From Octopus sinensis (lineage: Eukaryota): a DNA stretch of 15,004 nucleotides. Under the pieces are notes generated by a model. It saw only the letters and a program-made list of their open reading frames with translations. It was not told where the DNA came from and did not search any database. Shown here piece after piece: positions 10,110 to 15,004 of the stretch (the first letter of the stretch is position 1; each line of letters begins with the position of its first letter). The DNA is taken from NCBI RefSeq assembly GCF_006345805.1, contig NW_021825468.1, positions 1-15,004 of the forward strand. Reading direction: 5' to 3'. Both the position numbers and the translations under genes were made by a program.

Positions 10110-10915
10110 TGTTGTGGAATTCGTGGGAAGACCGCTGGCATGCGATATTGTGTTGTGGGAAAACTTTGTGACTGTGTTATGGGACCATGGAGCGTCTGAG
10201 TGACCATGTCTGTGGGAATGCTAATTTGAGAATGTGTTGTGGGTTTGTGGGGTCTGTGGGAGCGTATTATAGGTCTGTGGGAATATATTATCCGTTTGTG
10301 AGATCGTAGGAATGCGTTAGTGAGTCATTGTTGGTCGAGTGTCTACCTTTGTCTGTGGGACTATAATTAGGGGTTATTATACTGTGGGTCTGTGGGAAGA
10401 CTGTGGGACTGTTTGAATACGTTTTGAATCAATAGGGCGATTGTAGGTGTATGGGAATATGTGTATATGTCTGTGGGGACACAATGCGGGCGCGACCCTA
10501 GGAATTTTTCGAGGGAAGATCAAGGTCAGAATGGAATACAGTTCCAGGAGAAAAGGGCGTGATAATATTATTTAGAAGGGTGCACTTATTTTCTTGGGTG
10601 GGGGTACGTGCCTCCTCCCCCCAACACACACACCTTGGGTCCACCCCTGCAATGGTGAGATATATACGAGTCTGCAGAAATATTATGGGAATGTGGGAAT
10701 GTGATGAGTCTGTGGGAAGGATGGAAGTTTATAGAAGGATTATAGGAATGTGGGGATGTGGACATGTGGAAATGTATCGTCAAATTTTGGAAGACTGATT
10801 GAACTGTGGGAATACGTTGTAAGTCAGTGGGAAGATTCTTTTCGTGTGGGAATATATTGAATTTCAGTGGGAAAATTGTGGGAATATGTTGTGGGTCTGT
10901 GGAAGCACAGTGAGA
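10110..10915 (+). repeat. Degenerate G-rich TGTGGG(A) repeat region
   Basis: More than 20 (TC)TGTGGG-like words, all on one strand with irregular spacing. Ten of them are YGTGGGAA. Confidence 0.75.
10487..10649. mobile_element. Possible degenerate MITE
   Basis: Ends CGGGCGCGACCCTAGG... and ...CCTTGGGTCCACCCCTG are loosely inverted. CAATG flanks both sides (10482-10486, 10650-10654), and the segment interrupts the TGTGGG repeat. Confidence 0.3.
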
Positions 10916-11323
10916 ATATGTTTTGAGTTAGTAATGTAGCCACGTAAGTTTATGTCCGTGTGTCCAACATATATTAATGTCCAGGAAATTGGACACATGG
11001 AGGACAGGATGTTGACCACGTGGTCAATTTCCTGTTCACCATGCGGCATTTTCCAGCTAACTGCTATCCATATGCCAATAACAAACCACGACATCGCGTG
11101 ACCTTCCTCGACCAATCACAGCCCACCCCAGCGGTAATAACAATCAACTTTTGTCGTTCAAATTCAAAATATTTTTTCTTTATGATTTGGTTTATGTCTA
11201 TCATTGTTTGAATTGCACAATAGTGGTTTTTCTCTAATTTATAGATATATTATATATTTATATTGTGAAATTTGATTTAATACTAAATTGAATTTTTCCC
11301 TGTAAGTTTGGAGTTATACAGCC

Positions 11324-11884
11324 TATTATTATTATTATTCTTCAGTAGTTTTATTTTTATAGCGTGCTTTCACTTCACTACCGAGCGCAGCTCTATGTGC
11401 CTTGGATATGTGCTGTGATTTGTTGTGATGCTCTGAAGGTTATTTTATGGAAAGTGTTCTGCGTAGGATGTGTGCAGTGCCTAGTAGTGCAATTTTCTGT
11501 ATGTTATATGTGTTTGTAAGTCCTGGTGTTTTGTTATGTATTTTCTGAATATTTTTTATCATGCCTAATGCACCTACTATGAAGGAATTGTTTCTGTTGT
11601 TTTCAGATTCCACATTCTGGTTACCTCTATTTCCAGGTTTTTGTATTTTGAGAGTTTCTCCATTTCTTTTAGAGACACGTTGTCATCTGCCGGTATTGAT
11701 ACATCAATTAGAAAGCATTTTTTTTCTTCATGATCTCTGACAACTATATCTGGTCTGTTGGCCTTAATTTCTCTATCTGTGTGTAGCGGCATATCCCAGA
11801 GTATGGTTGCTTTCTCGTTTTCAGTGACCTTTTTCTGGTGTGTGCCTATACCATCTTATTATTATTATTATTATTATTATTATT
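11324..11884 (-). mobile_element. 5'-truncated R4/Dong-like RLE non-LTR retrotransposon flanked by (TAA)n on both sides
   Basis: Minus translation with two frameshifts: WYRHTPEK/VTENEKATILWDMPLHTDREIKANRPDIVVRDHEEKKCFLIDVSIPADDNVSLKEMEKLSKYKNLEIEVTRMWNLKTTETIP/IVGALGMIKK...IALLGTAHILRRTLSIK* (stop at 11442-11440). It carries the PD..D..K RLE motif. (TAA)n lies at 11339-11324 and 11884-11856. Confidence 0.88.
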
Positions 11885-11920
11885 TATATATATATATATA
11901 TATTATATATATATATATAG
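11884..11920. repeat. (TA)n microsatellite between the Dong-like and L1/Tx1-like elements
   Basis: Directly visible. Confidence 0.9.
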
Positions 11921-12495
11921 GCAAATTTGTTGTTGAAAAGGCTATCAGCTGAATCCATTGGGAATATTGCCCTGCCGCCCTCTTTTGGCCGGTAGGGGCA
12001 GGAAATTTGTATTTGTCTGGTGGCTGTAGCGAAAGAGGTGGTATGGTGGACCCGTTTGAAAGGGCTAAAGTCAGACACTTTCCTCTTTGGCCAAGGCCTC
12101 ATCAACTTTTTCAAGTTTCACTTGAAAAGGAAGGTGAGAGTAGAGAGGGAAGTGCTGTCCGATAGCAAGTTTACTGAAAGGTGGATAAATGTTGCAAGAA
12201 TGGCCAGTATGAAAGGAGCCATTCTGAGACCTGTAAGAAAAAGGTAATATAAAAGGAGAAAGGGCTCTCTCCCCTTTTTGACCAGGCTTCCGTGGCTTTC
12301 ATGGGTTTTTCCACGAGTAACCTTTCGAAGTGCCTCCGCCCCTATTGGGAGTTTTTTACTCGTTAAATTTCTCTTGTTATCATATGTTTACAAGGACCTT
12401 TCTTTTTGGCAAAACCCTTTCTTTTTATCGTGCTATATTTGTCCTTTCATGTTTTTTGATTTATGTTAGCCCTTGTGGCCAATAAAACCAGAATT
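11921..12495 (+). mobile_element. 5'-truncated L1/Tx1-like LINE 3' end (degenerate ORF2 C-terminus plus 3' UTR)
   Basis: The frame reads RLSAESIGNIALPPSFGR*GQEICICLVAVAKEVVWWTRLKG...LINFFKFHLKRKVRVERE...FTERW, resembling the AK..(I/V)W..R...F..RW pattern of L1/Tx1 ORF2 ends. A T-rich 3' UTR follows, with AATAAA at 12481 and then (TAT/CAT)n. Confidence 0.65.
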
Positions 12496-12523
12496 TATTA
12501 TTATCATCATCATCATTATTATG

Positions 12524-13055
12524 AAGGTGGTGAGCTGGCAGAACCGTTAGCGCGCCAAGCGAAATGCTTAGCGGTATTTCGTCTGCCGTTACGTTCTGAG
12601 TTCAAATTCCGCCGAGGTTGACTTTGCCTTTCATCCTTTCGGGGTTGATTAAACAAGTACCAGTCCGTTTGTCTGTCCTTGTTTGTTCTCTCTGTGTTTA
12701 GCCCCTTGTGGGTAGTAAAGAAATAGGTATTTCGTCTGTCGTTACGTTCTGAGTTCAAATTCCACCGAGGTTGACTTTGCCTTTCATCCTTTCGGGGTTG
12801 ATTAAACAAGTACCAGTCCGTTTGTCTGTCCTTGTTTGTTCTCTCTGTGTTTAGCCCCTTGTGGGTAGTAAAGAAATAGGTATTTCGTCTGCCGTTACGT
12901 TCTGAGTTCAAATTCCGCCGAGGTCGACTTTGCCTTTCATCCTTTCGGGGTCGATTAAATTTGTACCAGTTGCGTACTGAGGTCGATGTAATCGACTCGT
13001 GCCCACCTCCTCCAAGCTGCCCTTGTAGCTAATATTTGAAATAATTATTATTATT
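12524..13055 (+). mobile_element. tRNA-derived SINE multimer (two identical-length 153-bp units plus a terminal unit)
   Basis: A-box-like CTGGCAGAACCG at 12535 and B-box at 12598-12610. GGTATTTCGTC recurs at 12573, 12726 and 12879. It ends in an (ATT)n tail. Confidence 0.88.
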
Positions 13056-13058
13056 CTT

Positions 13059-13290
13059 AAGGTGGCAGAATCGTAAGTGCGCCGGACGAAATGCTCAGCA
13101 ACATTTTATCCGTCTTTGCGATCTGAGTTCATATTCTCTCCCGGGGTCGACTTTGCCTTTCATTCTTTCGGGGGCCAATAAAATAAGTACCATTTAAAGA
13201 CCGGGGGGTTGATGTAACCGACTGCCCCACCCCGCTCCTGCATCTCTCAGAATTTCAGGCCTTGTGTCTGTTGCGGAAAGTATTATTAAT
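13059..13290 (+). mobile_element. Older, diverged copy of the same SINE family
   Basis: AAGGTGGCAGAATCG...GACGAAATGCT...GAGTTCATATTC...GGGGTCGACTTTGCCTTTCATTCTTTCGGGG aligns by eye to the 8672 and 12524 copies. Confidence 0.75.
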
Positions 13291-13393
13291 GCCCGCAGCT
13301 ATGGTAAAAAAGTACTTGCTCAAGGTGCCACGCAGTGGAATTGAACCAGGAAGCGTGTAGTTGAGCAGCAGACTTTTTACCGCACGGCCACGC
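13291..13393 (-). mobile_element. 5' part of a different tRNA-derived SINE (CORE-like segment)
   Basis: Minus strand GCGTGGCCGTGCGGTAAAAAG (A-box-like) ... GGTTCAATTCC (B-box) ACTGCGTGGCACCTTGAGCAAGTAC. The latter recalls the CORE-SINE motif ACCTTGGGCAAGT. Confidence 0.6.
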
Positions 13394-13474
13394 TTTTGCC
13401 TGTTGTTAGTTAGCAGTGCCCCAGCTTGGCCGCAGAGTCGCAGGGGTTCGTTTTGAAGAGTTACTTCCCTTAGA

Positions 13475-13712
13475 CTGTTGGTTTCAAATTTTGGAACGAG
13501 GCCAGCAATTTCTGGGTTGGGGGGTGGGTAAGGCGATTAAATCGACCCCTGACCCCCCCGACCCGCCCCCCCAGGTGCTTCGGTGTACTTTATTTTTTAA
13601 TTTATTCGACCCCCGAAAGGATAAAAGGCGAAGTCGACCCCGGCGGGATTTGATCTCAGAACGAAAAGACGGACGAAATACCGGACAACATTTCGTCCGG
13701 CGTCTAACGATT
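13475..13712 (-). mobile_element. SINE copy (same family as 8672/12524), reverse orientation
   Basis: Minus strand AATCGTTAGACGCCGGACGAAATG...GGTATTTCGTCCG...GAGATCAAATCCCGCCGGGGTCGACTTCGCCTTTTATCCTTTCGGGGGTCGA. Confidence 0.8.
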
Positions 13713-13764
13713 AAAGCAAATTGTCGACTTACCTCCCTTAGACAACAATTTTTACCAGGCTCGT

Positions 13765-14416
13765 CAGGTAGACCTATGAAGACGTTCCAGCTGTGACCAT
13801 CCCAACTTTATTCAGGCCTAGTGTATCTAGGACTACATTATCTAAAGTACAGTACAGGAGTTAGTAGCTATAGTTGTTGCTTAGCCCTAGGTCAGTCCTG
13901 ATCCAGACAGGCCTATGACCAAAGATGTTCCAGTTGTGACCATCCCATCTTTTATTCAGGCATAGTGTATCTAGGACTACATTATCTAATGTATAGTACA
14001 GGAGTTAGTAGCTATAGTTGTTGCTTAGCCCTAGGTCAGTCCTGATCCCGACAGACCTATGATCAAAGATGTTCCAGCTGTGACCATCCCATCTTTTATT
14101 CAGGCATAGTGTATCTAGGACTACATTATCTTATGTATAGTACAGGAGTTAGTAGCTATAGTTGTTGCTTAGCCCTAGGTCAGTCCTGATCCAGACAGGC
14201 CTATGACCAAAGATGTTCCAGCTGTGACCACCCCCTCTTTTATTCAGGCCAAGTGTATCTAGGACTACATTATCTTATGTATAGTACAGGAGTCAGTAGC
14301 TATAGTTGTTGCCTAACCCTAGGTCAGTCCTGATCCAGACAGGCCTATGACCAAAAATGTTCCAGGCCTAGTGTATCCAGGACTACATTATCTAATGTAC
14401 AGTATAGGAGTTAGTA
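13765..14416. repeat. 144-bp tandem repeat, about 4.4 units
   Basis: GTTCCAG recurs at 13784, 13927, 14071, 14215 and 14359 (periods 143, 144, 144, 144). Confidence 0.95.
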
Positions 14417-14534
14417 TTAGTGGTGATACAGTAGGCTGGACTACTACAATGTAATTGAGAGAAGAAAGTTGATTTTGAAGGCCGTGTGGGGTGGTGAGTG
14501 GGGGTGAGGACTTCGTGCAGATCTTTATGGCCTC

Positions 14535-14640
14535 CACGCCCAACACCACGACCACCACCACCACCTTGATGACAATTACCTGTGCCACTACTACAAAACC
14601 CACCACCACCACCACCTGTGACAATTATCACCTGCCTGCT
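14535..14640. repeat. (CAC)n-rich low-complexity tract
   Basis: ACCACCACC runs are directly visible. Confidence 0.75.
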
Positions 14641-14684
14641 ATTGTCATTAATTGCCTCCATTGCGTCTACTGAACACACCTTGA

Positions 14685-14756
14685 CACACCCCACACACAC
14701 ACACAAGTGTATATATATATACATATATATATATATACAATATATATTATATTATA

Positions 14757-14801
<45 letters not shown>

Positions 14802-14940
14802 TGTGCGTGTGTATATATATATATATATACAAACACATATACTGCATACATATATATATCTATCTATATATGTATGTGTGTGTGTGTGTGTATACACATT
14901 CTTCTGTAATAGTATATATATACACATAATACCACATACA
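14685..14940. repeat. Compound (CA)/(TA)/(TG) microsatellite region
   Basis: Directly visible. Confidence 0.9.
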
Positions 14941-15004
14941 TATTTTCCTAGCTCACAAAATCATATTATTGTTTAACATCAGCTGGGAATATGATATGCT
15001 GTAT

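Noticed and set aside
12519-12911. 130-aa ORF with an internal 51-aa repeat (also ORF 13416..13796)
   Set aside because: These are antisense translations of SINE copies; the 51-aa repeat is the 153-bp SINE unit.
13765-14416. Possible retrozyme (hammerhead-bearing tandem repeat), given the unit size and CTGATCCAGA
   Set aside because: There is no CTGANGA core and no correctly placed GAAA or NUH on either strand.
14388-14976. Thr-, Gly-, Val- and Tyr/Ile-rich ORFs (mucin-like TTTT stretch)
   Set aside because: They are explained by (CAC)n and (TA)n low-complexity sequence, with no convincing flanking splice sites.

Overview
Repeat-saturated eukaryotic (animal) genomic DNA with no complete protein-coding gene. 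From recalled sequence similarity of the abundant tRNA-derived SINEs, the source is most likely an octopus (cephalopod mollusc); this is inference, not a database result. Nearly all long ORFs in the track are artefacts of a ~4.25 kb (TACA)n array and (TG)/(TA) microsatellites. The identifiable content is: a rearranged RTE LINE 3' end (inverted and tandemly triplicated); two fragments of restriction-like-endonuclease (RLE) non-LTR retrotransposons, one an R4/Dong-like copy flanked by (TAA)n; an internally deleted mariner with both TIRs, TA flanks and a 4x140-bp internal expansion; an L1/Tx1-like 3' end; several SINEs (two multimeric); and a 144-bp tandem repeat. Less obvious signals are two minimal type I hammerhead ribozymes on the minus strand (Penelope-like context), a 48-bp candidate exon with strong splice sites on the plus strand, a cluster of ten YGTGGGAA (CSL/Su(H)-type) motifs, and apparent 3'-tail sharing between the SINE and the L1/Tx1 element. 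The window is plausibly intronic. I found no evidence of a wholly new multi-gene system; the best leads are the RNA-level and retrotransposition-mechanism observations.
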